NCBI GenBank assembly: GCA_963678065.2
Contig: CAXXVZ010000005.1
Coordinates: 800,001-864,000, forward strand
Length of the DNA stretch: 64,000 nt
Direction of reading: 5' to 3'
From: Treponemataceae bacterium
GTDB taxonomy: Bacteria; Spirochaetota; Spirochaetia; Treponematales; Rectinemataceae
Shown piece by piece: positions 35,431-46,227 of the stretch. Made by a program: the position numbers and the translations under genes. The notes under the pieces were generated by a model. It did not search any database. It was not told where the DNA came from and worked only from the letters and a program-made list of their open reading frames with translations. The number at the start of each line of letters is the position of its first letter. Position 1 is the stretch's first letter.

Positions 35431-38400
35431 TGGAAATGGCAAGTAGTTTTCCCCACCATATGGCAACTAGGAATCCCCACCCGGTAGAGGGTTATTCCTC
35501 CTTCTTTGCAGAGATGCGATATGACTCCCCTGACAGGGAGAAAATCTTTGCGTGATGCATGAGACGATCCAACAGGGCTGCGGTCATAACCTCGTCGCCC
35601 ATGAGTTCTGACCAAGAGTTCAGGTCCTTGTTGCTCGTCACGACGATAGAGGCACGTTCATAGAGATCCGAGACGAAGGTGAAAAAGGGCTCTTCGCTGT
35701 TTCATGTGGGTAACTGCCCCAGTTTACCGGCGACAATGTAGGTCATGATCTTGAGATTTTTGATAGTTCGGAATCCTCTGGCTCTGGTCTTTGCTGACTG
35801 AATCAGACTATTCAACGATTCAAGAAGCCCATTTGTCACTCCGGATGTAAGCCACCGAACGACTCCATTCCAGTGTCGTTTGAGCATCGCAGCAAAATTG
35901 ATGATTGGGGTAAGCTGTGATCGTGTTGCCCATACTCTCCATTTTTTAAGTTCTTCTATGGCTCGAGAAGCCGAGAATTCGAAAAGTCCCTTGAAAATGT
36001 TCATCATTCGCCATGCTCGCCCTGTTTTTAACTGTAATCCTGACAAGGTGTTGAGACGGGCCAAATTCTTAACCGACAGATTGTAGGGGTTGCTCAACCA
36101 GACATATTTCGAACCTCTGAGTACCGTTTCCATCGTTGATTCTTCTTTCCGCACGTCGTTGACTGCTTCACCCAGAAGCTTCATGACATGAAACCGATCA
36201 AACGTGAGAGCAGCCTGGGGAAGATGCTCTTCGATCCCGGACATGAACGCCGGCGACATATCGGTACAGACCGTCCGTGATAGCAGTTTTCGAGCCTCCA
36301 TGGGCTTCCAGATGCTCTGTAAAGGCTTTTATAGTGGATGCATCCTTGCCTTCGGTCACATATATGGCTTTCCCTGTATCGAGATCGGCCACAACGGTGA
36401 TGTATGAGTGTCCGCGTTTGGCTGCTGTTTCGTCGATTCCGATTCGTGTGGTTTTCGATAAATCTTGTGTAGCCACGTCTTCGGAAACATAATGGTCCAT
36501 AATTCGCCACACTCGCGTATCGGTGGTAGCTGTCAGTCTGGAAACTGCCTTGACGCTCATTTCCTTGACCATGATCATCATGAGGGCTTCGTACAGCAGG
36601 GTAAATCCCGATCCTTTACGCGCCCACGGGATATCAATCAGATGAACGCCATGCTCAGGACAGTCTATCCGCGGAACTCGTGCATGCAGATAGGCTTCAT
36701 GCTGGAAAAAATTGAGGTGACGCCATGTTTTGGGCATCGTATCGTAGGCTGTACCCTTGTAATCGCAGGAAAAACACGGAAAACGACTCCCGGGCTTGAA
36801 CCCAAGCTGTATATCAAGCCGATGTTCTGTTGGTTTGAACTCTATGTTCTCAACAATCCAGGGTTCAGATAATCCAAGCGCAAGGGCGAATAGTTCTACG
36901 TCTTTCATGCTGCTCATCCTACCATGCTTCCTTGGTTACCCACACGATTCGTTGAAGAGCCTGAAAAAGAGATTGGCTTCCTTGCGCTCGATAGGAGTGT
37001 AGCCAATCTCATCAATGATCATGAGGTTGGCCTTCGCGAGCCGGCTTAGCCTGAACTGAGCGCTGCGTGCGGCGTCAGAGCGCACGAGGAGCTTCACCAG
37101 TGAGGTCATGCGCTCGTAACAAACCGAATAGCCTTTGCGTACGGCCACATGGCCAAGAGCGATTGCGAGATGGGTCTTTCCGAGTCCAGGAGGCCCGAAG
37201 AGCAGAAGGTTCTCGTGACGGTCTATCCAAGAGCACTCGGTGAGCTCAGAGAGGTCTCGTTTTCCAATTCCTGCTACTCGGCCGAGTTTGAAATCCTCGA
37301 GGCGCTTTACGACGGGAAAATGGGCCATGGCGAGGCCTCGTTTGAGGCGCCTGTCGCCGCGATCCTGTAGTTCGACGTCCACGAGGGTCTCGAGGAAGGC
37401 AAGGCATGTCAGTCCCCCGCTTTCAGCTTGTTTAAGAAGCTCAGGAAGCCGTGACGACGCGCCACGAAGCCGCAGGGACTCCAGTTTACGAGCGGATTCT
37501 GCGAGGGCGCTCATTCTTCGTGCCTCTGCGTATCGACGAGCGCGTCGAGGAATCGCTGATACTCGCTGACCGAGCGTGTGGCAACTAGTGGAAGGTCTCT
37601 GGTTTGATGAAGGCCGCGGTACGGCGAAGGCGCCACTGCGGGCACTGGCGTCGTGCTGTTGACCGCGTCGATGAGATCCTGGGCGCTTGCAAGTCCTCTA
37701 TCCAGGCAGAACTTCAATGCAAGCACGAGTTTCTCTCTGTCGATGTTGCGCTTGAGAAGCTTCCGAAGTCGGCCAGCGTGCTCCCGGAAGTAGCGTCGAT
37801 ACTCGGTATAGATACCATCGACGAAGCTCCCCCACTCGGGAAGATCATCTACTGCGGCGACAAGATCCGCGCGGAGCGTTTCCTGGGATCCTTCGCGATC
37901 GCGATAGTGAGCCTTGTCCAGCACCGTTCCGCCGGGTGTTGCCGCTTCGCGATGCGCCGCGATCTGGATACCCGTCTTCGTATCGAATACCAGGATGAGT
38001 CCGTCCTTGCGCTCGATAGTGACCTCGTTGAGCCGGTACGAGTTCGGCACCGAGTACCTGGTCGCGGCGATCGATATAAGGCTTTTCTGATCCACGTTAC
38101 GGCTCTCTCGGCAGCCCGATGCGGTGTCCGCGCGGAAAATAGACGCTCGGAGCGCCCGCAAGACGGGTTTCTCGTGCGCTTCGAAGTCCGCGAGCGGCAT
38201 GAGACGCGTGGCTTGGCTCAGTTTTGCGTTCACTCGTAAGAGCCATTTGCGCATGCCTGCCTGGAGTTCGTCGAAGGTCGCGAAGCTGCGGCTCGAGAAA
38301 TAGCTCGTTTTGACGTATTTGACCGCATTCTCGACCTTTCCTTTCGATTCCGGATCGGCCGCACGGCAGACACGGAGCCGCAGTCCCTGTTCTGCGACGA

Positions 38401-39154
38401 ACTCAGCAAAGGCTTTTGTCGTCGTGAGGTCGCCAAGGTTTTCCGTCACAATCATTGTCCGGTCCTGATCCATGACGAGTTCTTCGGTGATACCGCCAAA
38501 AAACTCGAAGGCGTCCAGGAGATGGCCGATCACATCCTCGCTGGTAAAGGGCCTGGATTGGGCCGCTACGTAGCGGTAACGGCTTCGTGAGAGTACTACG
38601 ACAACAAACCAAGCCTTTCCGATGTTCGTCGTCTCTACGCCGAAATCAATCTGAGCCTGCTTGCCGTAGGCCAGAGGCTCCACAGGACGATATTCCCGAC
38701 ACAGGCCCACCTTAATCGCACCGGATGCCTTGAGATACGTCAGGTAGTTCCGCAACGTACGGTCCGAGCCTGGAAGCTCTCCGTATTTCTCGCTTAAGTA
38801 GTCGTGGACGGACGATGAGTAGACCATTCTGCCTTCGTGGTTCTTTTTAAAAATCTCGAGGATTTCGTCCTTGTAGACCGAAAAAGCCTTACCGCGTTCT
38901 GCCATTCGCTCGAGATACCGTAAGAATTGGTCATTGTCCATGCGCAGGTACTTTCTCACGGTCTTGCGGTCCTTGCCAAGTTTTACCGCTAGTGCGCTGA
39001 CTGTGAGTCCTTGCCTGTGCCCTGTTCGTACGATGTTGTAGTCCTTCATGGTACTCATTTCTTGTGCCGCATGCTCGCAAGCATAGCGGCCAAGGCCCCT
39101 GTGGGTGGGGAATCCTATTTGCCAACTGCTGGGGAATTCAGTTTACCATTTCCA
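35431..39154 (-). mobile_element. IS21 copy 2 inside attC; istA 37511-39058 intact, istB disrupted by nested ISL3
   Basis: Length 3724 = 2442 + 1274 + 8. Left flank is the same as copy 1, right flank is a different attC position, and there is no TSD. Confidence 0.93.
35688..36961 (-). mobile_element. ISL3 copy 2 nested in istB
   Basis: Same ORFs as 3158-4431; 8-bp TSD TGAAAAAG. Confidence 0.93.
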
Positions 39155-39390
39155 GAGCGTATGCGAGTGCAATGAAGGCCGAAGAAGGAGCCGAAGGCGA
39201 CTGATGAGCGTGGGCAGTGCTGTTAGGCGACGTGTTGTTTTGCGTTTCTTCAAAATACACAATTACGTTGATACAGTTGTCAGATGTATTTTATCTACTG
39301 CTTTGCTGTTACCTAAAAATGGGGACTATATCATAAATGATTTCCTACTGATGTTTTAGTCTAATCAATGCTTGAAGTCATCTAAACATA

Positions 39391-39912
39391 CTATGCTGTA
39401 CAATAAGCTTCTTTTATTGACCTAATAGTTTTTAGTGCCCAGTCATAATGGCTGGATGTTGCTGATACTAGATATGCACCTAACGATGTTGTTCCTGTCC
39501 ATGCGTACTTTTTTTTAGTAAATAATTCATCATCACTATGTTTTTGTATTATTTCTATCATTTCTTTATGACTTTTCTTTATTAGCTTTATTGCTTCATT
39601 TAATTCTGTTCCTTTATACTTTTCATAAATTCTATGATTTAGGACAGGCAAGGTTTGCCAGGTAACATCTTCTGCCGGAATAGCTGGCTTCTTGCCGGAC
39701 ATTCCAATTTTATACCAATTCTTCATCATCGAATGCCATTCATGTAAATGACAAATCACATCAGCTATTGTCTTATCTCTATCATTGAGTTCATTATTTT
39801 CGTATGATTTAACTTGATATTCTTTGGGTAGCGATTCAATGAACACTAATAGTTTTGTAAGGTTTTCATCGCCAAGCGACAGTAGCTCTGCTTTGTTGGT
39901 TGGTCTAGGCAT
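39391..39912 (-). CDS. ClbS/DfsB (DUF1706) family four-helix bundle protein, copy 1
   Basis: MPRP..K.EL, RDK...DV..HL.EWH and SATSSHY.WA motifs. A 1-bp indel alters the last residues relative to copy 2. Confidence 0.85.
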   Translation of the reverse strand: MPRPTNKAELLSLGDENLTKLLVFIESLPKEYQVKSYENNELNDRDKTIADVICHLHEWHSMMKNWYKIGMSGKKPAIPAEDVTWQTLPVLNHRIYEKYKGTELNEAIKLIKKSHKEMIEIIQKHSDDELFTKKKYAWTGTTSLGAYLVSATSSHYDWALKTIRSIKEAYCTA

Positions 39913-40202
39913 GTAATTCTCCTAAATTAATTCGCGCCAAAGGCGTCCTGTTAACAGCATTTACCGTGATACATATAAACCTATTTGTATAAGTGGTAAA
40001 ACACTAAAATGGTAATCTCTGGAAGGATCGCGCAAAACAATATGTCGCCTAACGTTCGCCTGCCTACGACGTTGTGGCGAGCATCGGCGAGCCACAATGT
40101 GCCTGAATGGAACGAGCGTATGCGAGTGGAGTGAAGGCCGAAGAAGGAGCCGAAGGCGACTGATGAGCGTGGGCAGTGCTGTTAGGTGAAGTTGTTCAGG
40201 CA

Positions 40203-41072
40203 CTATCTCCCGTAATACTCAATTACTTCTCTCGCCCTTCTTGTAATGAACTCATTTTTATCTGTATTTCCGATTGATATTACCAAATCTTTAATCTGAC
40301 GCTCTATTTCCCACGTCGAATCTGGTTTCATTTTGCTTCTTAATAGATCCAACGCTTTCGTAATATGTACCGATTCCACCTTTTCCCGTTTCAAAAGCCA
40401 GAGTATTTCCAGATAATCTCCTTGATACATATTCGGAAATGTAAGCTTTTTTATAGTGGTATGGATAAACGATGTACTATCATGCGAACTGAAGCAAACA
40501 TCATGCAGTAAAATAAAGGCTATACACTGAGCACGTAGCTTTTTAGCATTTTCTGATCGTTTGTTCTCAGGAATAAAGGATAATCCCTTCAAGAGCTTCA
40601 CAATTCCCCAATAACAGGTATGTTTTCCATAGCAACTACGATTCGAACAATACGGAAAGGAAGAAGGAGTCTTGAAATCCCCATCATCAAATCGTTGGTA
40701 GTCTGCAAAAAAGTCTATGATGCTTGTAATAACAGATTCATTTTCAAAATGAAAATATGAATGCACATACAGCATATTCCCATTCAAGCACGGAATTGGG
40801 AAATGAGTTTTCCCCAAAGAGTAAATATTCACGGTTCGATCGAGAAAATGATTTGCTATCGTCTGCAAAGGTCTGATTAGGCTAGTTATTCTATAATCGC
40901 AGTGCATATCAGCTAACAGGATGAGCGTCCATAAGGTGGATTTATAATTGGGTACGTAATAATTCAACGCTGGGTAATGCGTATCCCTTTTATCCAGAAC
41001 GTTCCAACATCCATTTTCATCCTGCAATTCAAGTATCTTTGACGTAAGTGATTGTGCTAAATCTGTAGTCAT
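40203..41072 (-). CDS. Hypothetical protein, prenyltransferase/squalene-cyclase-repeat-like
   Basis: LQDENGCW and QRFDDG QW-like repeats; fills the cassette. Confidence 0.55.
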   Translation of the reverse strand: MTTDLAQSLTSKILELQDENGCWNVLDKRDTHYPALNYYVPNYKSTLWTLILLADMHCDYRITSLIRPLQTIANHFLDRTVNIYSLGKTHFPIPCLNGNMLYVHSYFHFENESVITSIIDFFADYQRFDDGDFKTPSSFPYCSNRSCYGKHTCYWGIVKLLKGLSFIPENKRSENAKKLRAQCIAFILLHDVCFSSHDSTSFIHTTIKKLTFPNMYQGDYLEILWLLKREKVESVHITKALDLLRSKMKPDSTWEIERQIKDLVISIGNTDKNEFITRRAREVIEYYGR

Positions 41073-41251
41073 ACTGATTTCCCACTAAACGAGTGTGTGG
41101 TGTGCCTGAACAATTTCACCTAACGTATGCCTGCCTGCGACGTTTTGGCCCGCATCGGCGGGACAAAATGTGCTTGAGCGGAACGAGCGAATGCGAGTGA
41201 AGTGAAAGCCGAAGAAGGAGCCGAAGGCGACTGATGAGCGGGGGCAGCGCT

Positions 41252-41389
41252 GTTATGTGCTGTCGCGATCTTGGTTTAGCGCACTGAAAGGTGGTGGCTG
41301 GATGCCACCACTTTTCAAGAAATATCCTGTGCGCGTTCTTTCTTTATCTTCTCTTCACTTTAGATACATTCCTCGCGATTGCACATAAC
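41252..41389. other. Mini-cassette family C (copy 2)
   Basis: Differs from 16638-16775 by compensatory A-T to G-C changes in the hairpin and in the R boxes. Confidence 0.88.
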
Positions 41390-41516
41390 GTTCGCCTGCC
41401 TACGACGTTGTGGCGAGCATCGGCGAGCCGCAATGTGCCTGAATGAAACGAGCGAATGCGAGTGAAATGAAGGCCGAAGAAGGAGCCACAGGCGACTGAT
41501 GAGCGTGGGCAGTGCT

Positions 41517-42141
41517 GTTATGTGCTGTGTTTTTGGGGCACACCCTGTGTCTTTTCTTCATTTCTATTATTCTTATTCCTTTACTCCTTACCCTTTTTCT
41601 TTGCAGTTTATTACTTTATTCAGATTCATACATGTTTTATTCCTCTATACCATAGCTAGTTTTATTTTTGGCAGTATCTCTTTTCTTATATCCTAATACC
41701 TGTTTACTTCCCCCCTTACTTTATCTATGTTTTTTTACTATCATTTTTTAACACACTTTTTAATAGATAGTTCCAATTCCAGAATCCACTGTTTTTACTC
41801 ATAAAAAATACAGTACATATTCCCACTACTCAATATTTTCTATACTTCAAAAATCACTTTTTGGGATTCACCTATTTCATGGCACATATCTCATGAGAAA
41901 AATTGCAGCACCTTAGAAAGATGTTTTGAACTTTATGATAATCCATATTCAAAAATCGTATTTTTTATTTATACCATTTTTGTATTGCACATACCAATAA
42001 CACTGAATATAGCACTGATCCACAATTACTACAGGATTGTTCATAAACCCAGTATCAGGAGATCCTATTTTTGAATACTCTGACGTCATTCAGAATCATA
42101 CAGTTCAGTAAGAGATCCGCCCCAAAAACATTGCACATAAC
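41517..42141. other. Long gene-less cassette, diverged copy 3
   Basis: Collinear with 13652-14264, with many substitutions and indels. Confidence 0.78.
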
Positions 42142-42294
42142 GTTCGCCTGCCTACGACGTTGTGGCGAGCATCGGCGAGCCACAATGTGCCTGAGCGGAA
42201 TGAGCGAATGCGAGTGGAGTGAAGGCCGAAGAAGGAGCCACAGGCGACTGATGAGCGTGGGCAGTGCTGTTAGGCGATGTTCCAGCGCGATCTT

Positions 42295-42570
42295 CTATTC
42301 AATTTTGATCAATAATTTCTTCCCAAATACTTCTGCTACTTTCTCCAAGGTCGATAACCGAATATCTTCTGCATGATTTTCCATCCGAGATATGACACTT
42401 TTCTTTGTCTGTAATCGTGTTGCCAATTCTTCCTGGGTCATTCCTTCATTTTTCCTGAGTTCTTTAAGCATGATTCCTATCTTAAATTCCTCATATCCTT
42501 TCTCATATCCTATGCCAAATTCCGGATCTTTCTTTTTCCTGTTTTCAATATAGACAGATAAATCACTCAT
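42295..42570 (-). CDS. higA: HigA-like XRE HTH antitoxin
   Basis: [26 protein letters not shown] motif. Confidence 0.88.
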   Translation of the reverse strand: MSDLSVYIENRKKKDPEFGIGYEKGYEEFKIGIMLKELRKNEGMTQEELATRLQTKKSVISRMENHAEDIRLSTLEKVAEVFGKKLLIKIE

Positions 42571-43109
42571 TTTTTTACCCTCGTAAAATACTCTGTACGA
42601 TATTTTTCTGCCCTTTGGATCTCATCTCGTGGTGTTTTCTGAGTCTTTTTACCAAACCCATTAGTCAGAACAACTAGATTTCCAGAATCCATAAAGCACA
42701 ATATCCTATATGCCATCCGACCTACATCGATTCGACATTCCCATAGTTCATCAGTTCCCGATAGTTTCTTGAAATACTGAATCGGAACTCTGTCCATTTC
42801 TTCTACAATCCGTAATACCCAGGTTATCTTTTGTAATTCTTTACCTGATACAGAATCAAAAAACTCTTCTATGGGACATCGTCCTTCCTGATTTCCCGGA
42901 AAATTGTAGCTATGAATAAATATGTCTATATTATAAATAGAAATGATTCACCATCCGAGAGCGTTGCATAGCTGTATTTGTAGCTATACTTCTTGCCCAT
43001 GAAAATATGTAACTTCTATTTGGATATGAAGTTACCAATTCCCTAGTTACAATGCGCCGGGAAATCAAGGTCCTTCGGAAGTCCTATAGAAGATTATTGT
43101 TCTCTTCAT
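42567..43109 (-). pseudogene. higB: HigB/RelE (Gp49-like) toxin interrupted by a MITE
   Basis: Removing 42887-43070 and one TSD restores MKRTIIFYRTSEGRCPIEEF...LWECR...LTNGF.KKTQKTP. Confidence 0.88.
42887..43070. mobile_element. 184-bp MITE with IS1634-like ends
   Basis: TIR cctgatttcccggaaaattgtagcta / tagttacaatgcgccgggaaatcaagg; TSD (G)TCCTT. Confidence 0.85.
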
Positions 43110-43115
43110 GTATAC

Positions 43116-43144
43116 ATGTTAGCACATATGCTAACTACCGTCAA
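43116..43144 (-). promoter_or_regulatory. higBA promoter with overlapping palindromic operator
   Basis: TTGACG-17-TAACAT; inverted repeat gttagca-cata-tgctaac at 43118-43135. Confidence 0.65.
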
Positions 43145-43330
43145 GTTTCTTTTCTCCTCTTCGCGCTGGAATTTCGCCTAACGTTTTGTGCCTACGACGT
43201 TTCGGACCGCATCGGCGGGCCGAAATGTGCCTGAGTGAAGTGAGCGCATGCGAGCGGAACGATGGCCGAGGAGCCATGAAATGGCGACGAGCAGGGGCAC
43301 GGTGTTAGGCGATGTGTGTGCGCGACTGTC

Positions 43331-43729
43331 TTACCAAATTACTTTTAGTCCATCTTCTTCATATTTTTTAAAATTTTCATCTTTACTTATTATTCCCATC
43401 TTTCTATGAAGTGCTTGCCATATCAACATTCGATCAAATGGATCTTTATGATCCTCATAATAACTCAATTCATTATATGTACTGGATTCATCTTCATCCA
43501 AAGTAATTATTGAACCCAATTGTTTCGCATATTTTGGTAAATCCTTGATCTCTATTCCTTCCAAGGTATATCGGTGCATTCGAACTTTTATCGCTATTTC
43601 CCAAAATGAAATAGTGCTGATATAGATTCCAGTATCTTTATTTTTAAGTATATCAGATACTCTTTTACTTAACTTATCAGAATCCAATATAGACCAAATA
43701 AATGTATGTGTATCAAGTAAATACATCAT
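43331..43729 (-). CDS. vapC: VapC PIN toxin
   Basis: YLLDTHTFIW, SFWEIAIK and HKDPFDRMLI motifs. Confidence 0.93.
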   Translation of the reverse strand: MMYLLDTHTFIWSILDSDKLSKRVSDILKNKDTGIYISTISFWEIAIKVRMHRYTLEGIEIKDLPKYAKQLGSIITLDEDESSTYNELSYYEDHKDPFDRMLIWQALHRKMGIISKDENFKKYEEDGLKVIW

Positions 43730-43732
43730 ATT

Positions 43733-43960
43733 TTATCCCAAAAACTCTTCAACAGTAATTTTCCCATCTCCCATGATGGAAAATGATGCTTTCCCATTGA
43801 GCATACCTATTTTTCGTTGTTTTTTTTCTTCATTCGGTACAAGCATTGCGATAGGTTTTTTTGCTTTCCCATACAGTATCCTAACTTTTTCTCCATGCTT
43901 TACGAGTTCAAGGAGTTCAGAAAAGTGGCTCTTGAATTCTCCAACCGTCATCTCATTCAT
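43733..43960 (-). CDS. Phd/YefM-type antitoxin
   Basis: TVGEFKSHFSELLE.V..GE. A TTGACA-17-TATACT promoter lies at 43995-43967. Confidence 0.88.
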   Translation of the reverse strand: MNEMTVGEFKSHFSELLELVKHGEKVRILYGKAKKPIAMLVPNEEKKQRKIGMLNGKASFSIMGDGKITVEEFLG

Positions 43961-44226
43961 ATCCCAAGTATACGTTATTCTTTTCAAGTTGTCAACTATA
44001 TCTCGCGCACACATTTCGCCTAACGTTCGCCTGCCTACGACGTTGTGGCGAGCATCGGCGAGCCACAATGTGCCTGAGCGCAATGAGCGTTAGCGAGTGC
44101 AGCGATGGCCGAAGAAGGAGCCGCAGGCGACTGATGAGCGTGGGCAGTGCTGTTAGCTGATGGTTTGCCCCCCATCCATGTCTTTTCTCTCTTCACCTTA
44201 TTCATTGTTTTTCAATATCTTATACC

Positions 44227-44736
44227 TTATATCTTTATCCAATAATAACAATGTTCATGTTCTATCTTTTCCAATATCCCATTATTCCATTCTATTACTT
44301 TTCTTGATCCTCTGTTGGTTTCATCACAGGTTATCAATACATCATTCACATCACGTTTCTTTATTTCGTTCAATGTCAGTTCCAATAACTTCTTCCCATA
44401 CCCCTTATTTCGTTGTTCTTTCCGAATCCCATATCCTATATGCCCACCATGAGCACGCAATTTATCGGTTAAGTAATGCCTCATTTTTGAGTACCCTAGT
44501 ACTTCTTCATCATCCATAAGCCAATATATTGTTTGTGGCACATATCCTTTTTCAAGCTCAGGAGCTTCATACTGCGCAATAAGTTTTTCGATATATCCCG
44601 GATACTCTTCCCATGAGATCCCATATCCACCATTCATAAATCCATTTTCTTCTTGATCAATCGATTGTAGCATCTGATAAATGTTTCTATTCGTTGTATC
44701 ACGTTCAGAAACCTTCTGAAGATAAATCCTACCCAT
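44227..44736 (-). CDS. GNAT N-acetyltransferase
   Basis: GGHIGYGIR...RNKGYG and N.GSRKVIE.N.G motifs. Confidence 0.9.
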   Translation of the reverse strand: MGRIYLQKVSERDTTNRNIYQMLQSIDQEENGFMNGGYGISWEEYPGYIEKLIAQYEAPELEKGYVPQTIYWLMDDEEVLGYSKMRHYLTDKLRAHGGHIGYGIRKEQRNKGYGKKLLELTLNEIKKRDVNDVLITCDETNRGSRKVIEWNNGILEKIEHEHCYYWIKI

Positions 44737-45087
44737 AATAATTCCTTAAAAGAACAATACTGTATCACACAATCAAATAGTGCAAAACATATGTAAATTC
44801 ACCATCCAAAGTCTCAAGCCGACACTACATTTGATACAGTTTGAAAATATTGATATCGGCATATCGGATCTCGGGGGGCAAACTTTCAGCTAACGTTTCC
44901 GGCCTGCGACGTTTGCGACCGCATCGGCGGGCGCAAATGTGCCTGAACGGAATGAGCGACTGCGAGTGGAGTGAAGGCCGAAGAAGGAGCCGCAGGCGAC
45001 TGATGAGCGTGGGCCGTGTTGTTAGGTGACGTTTTAGAGGCGAATTTAGAGAAGGCGCGCCGTCGGCCGGAGGTCCGGCGCGCTAAA

Positions 45088-45945
45088 CTATCTTGAAGTA
45101 GCATTAACCATATTCCTAATCTCATCTACAGTATAATTTGGCTTTTTACTATGAATTATTGCATGACAATTTGGGCATAACGGAATTAGATCCTTCACCG
45201 GATCTATACTATGAGCTTTATCAGTCCCTGCAATAGCTACAATATGATGAACATGGATTATTTCAGTAATACTTATTCCATATGCGCTTTTTGAATCAAA
45301 TCCGCAGATTGCACACTTAGCTCCATAGTATTCAAGGCACTTATCTCTTGCAGCTCGATTCCTTCCATAGTCATTAATTTGCCTTATTTCCCTATACCCC
45401 TCAATATATCGAAGTTCGATTTCTCCAATATCATTAGCATTTTTCACATCCTGCCTTTCAGAATATTTACTTTTTGCATAATCTATTAAGCCCTGAAAAT
45501 TGCTTTTCTTGAATATTGCTGAAAAAGGCTTTCCGCCCTTTGTTATCGCAACTTTATCAACAAAGCCTTTGTGATAAGGCCAAAGTGTTTCACTTACTTT
45601 ATCAAACTCAGTGTAATCACCACAGAATGCGCATTGATCAACTTGGACAGTTTTATAATGACTTTCTTCATATTCGGAGCCAATAAAGGGTCCCTTACCA
45701 TATTTTCCAATACAATTTAGCCTTACAAAGTCTTCGCCTACAATATAAACTTCAACCCTTCCAACATTTAAGCGGAATATATTGCTATATAGAGTTACAC
45801 TCCAAACTTGGCCAGCTATTTCTTCAACATAGGCAATTGTCTTGAGCAGTTGAGATAATACAATTCGCTCTTGTTCAGGGCTAGTTATAAATCCAGACAA
45901 TATCAATGCAGCATCTGAAGAATCATTTGGATCAATTTCTTTCAT
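45088..45945 (-). CDS. HNH endonuclease (McrA-like C-terminus)
   Basis: RN..AR..C, CAICGF, HVHH and LCPNCHAIIH motifs. Confidence 0.9.
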   Translation of the reverse strand: MKEIDPNDSSDAALILSGFITSPEQERIVLSQLLKTIAYVEEIAGQVWSVTLYSNIFRLNVGRVEVYIVGEDFVRLNCIGKYGKGPFIGSEYEESHYKTVQVDQCAFCGDYTEFDKVSETLWPYHKGFVDKVAITKGGKPFSAIFKKSNFQGLIDYAKSKYSERQDVKNANDIGEIELRYIEGYREIRQINDYGRNRAARDKCLEYYGAKCAICGFDSKSAYGISITEIIHVHHIVAIAGTDKAHSIDPVKDLIPLCPNCHAIIHSKKPNYTVDEIRNMVNATSR

Positions 45946-46227
45946 TTTCTTCCTTCTATTGCGCCCGACGGCCGGAGGCCCGGGCGCTCTTCAATTTTCG
46001 ACAGAGCCTCTAAAATGTCACCTAACGTTCGCCTGCCTACGACGTTGTGGCGAGCATCGGCGAGCCACAATGTGCCTGAGCGGAATGAGCGTATGCGAGT
46101 GCAGCGATGGCCGAAGAAGGAGCCGCAGGCGACTGATGAGCGTGGGCAGTGCTGTTAGACGAAGTTATTCCATTCTTACATCGATATACTTTTTTAATTA
46201 CTAGCGATACTTATCGTTGTAATATTT

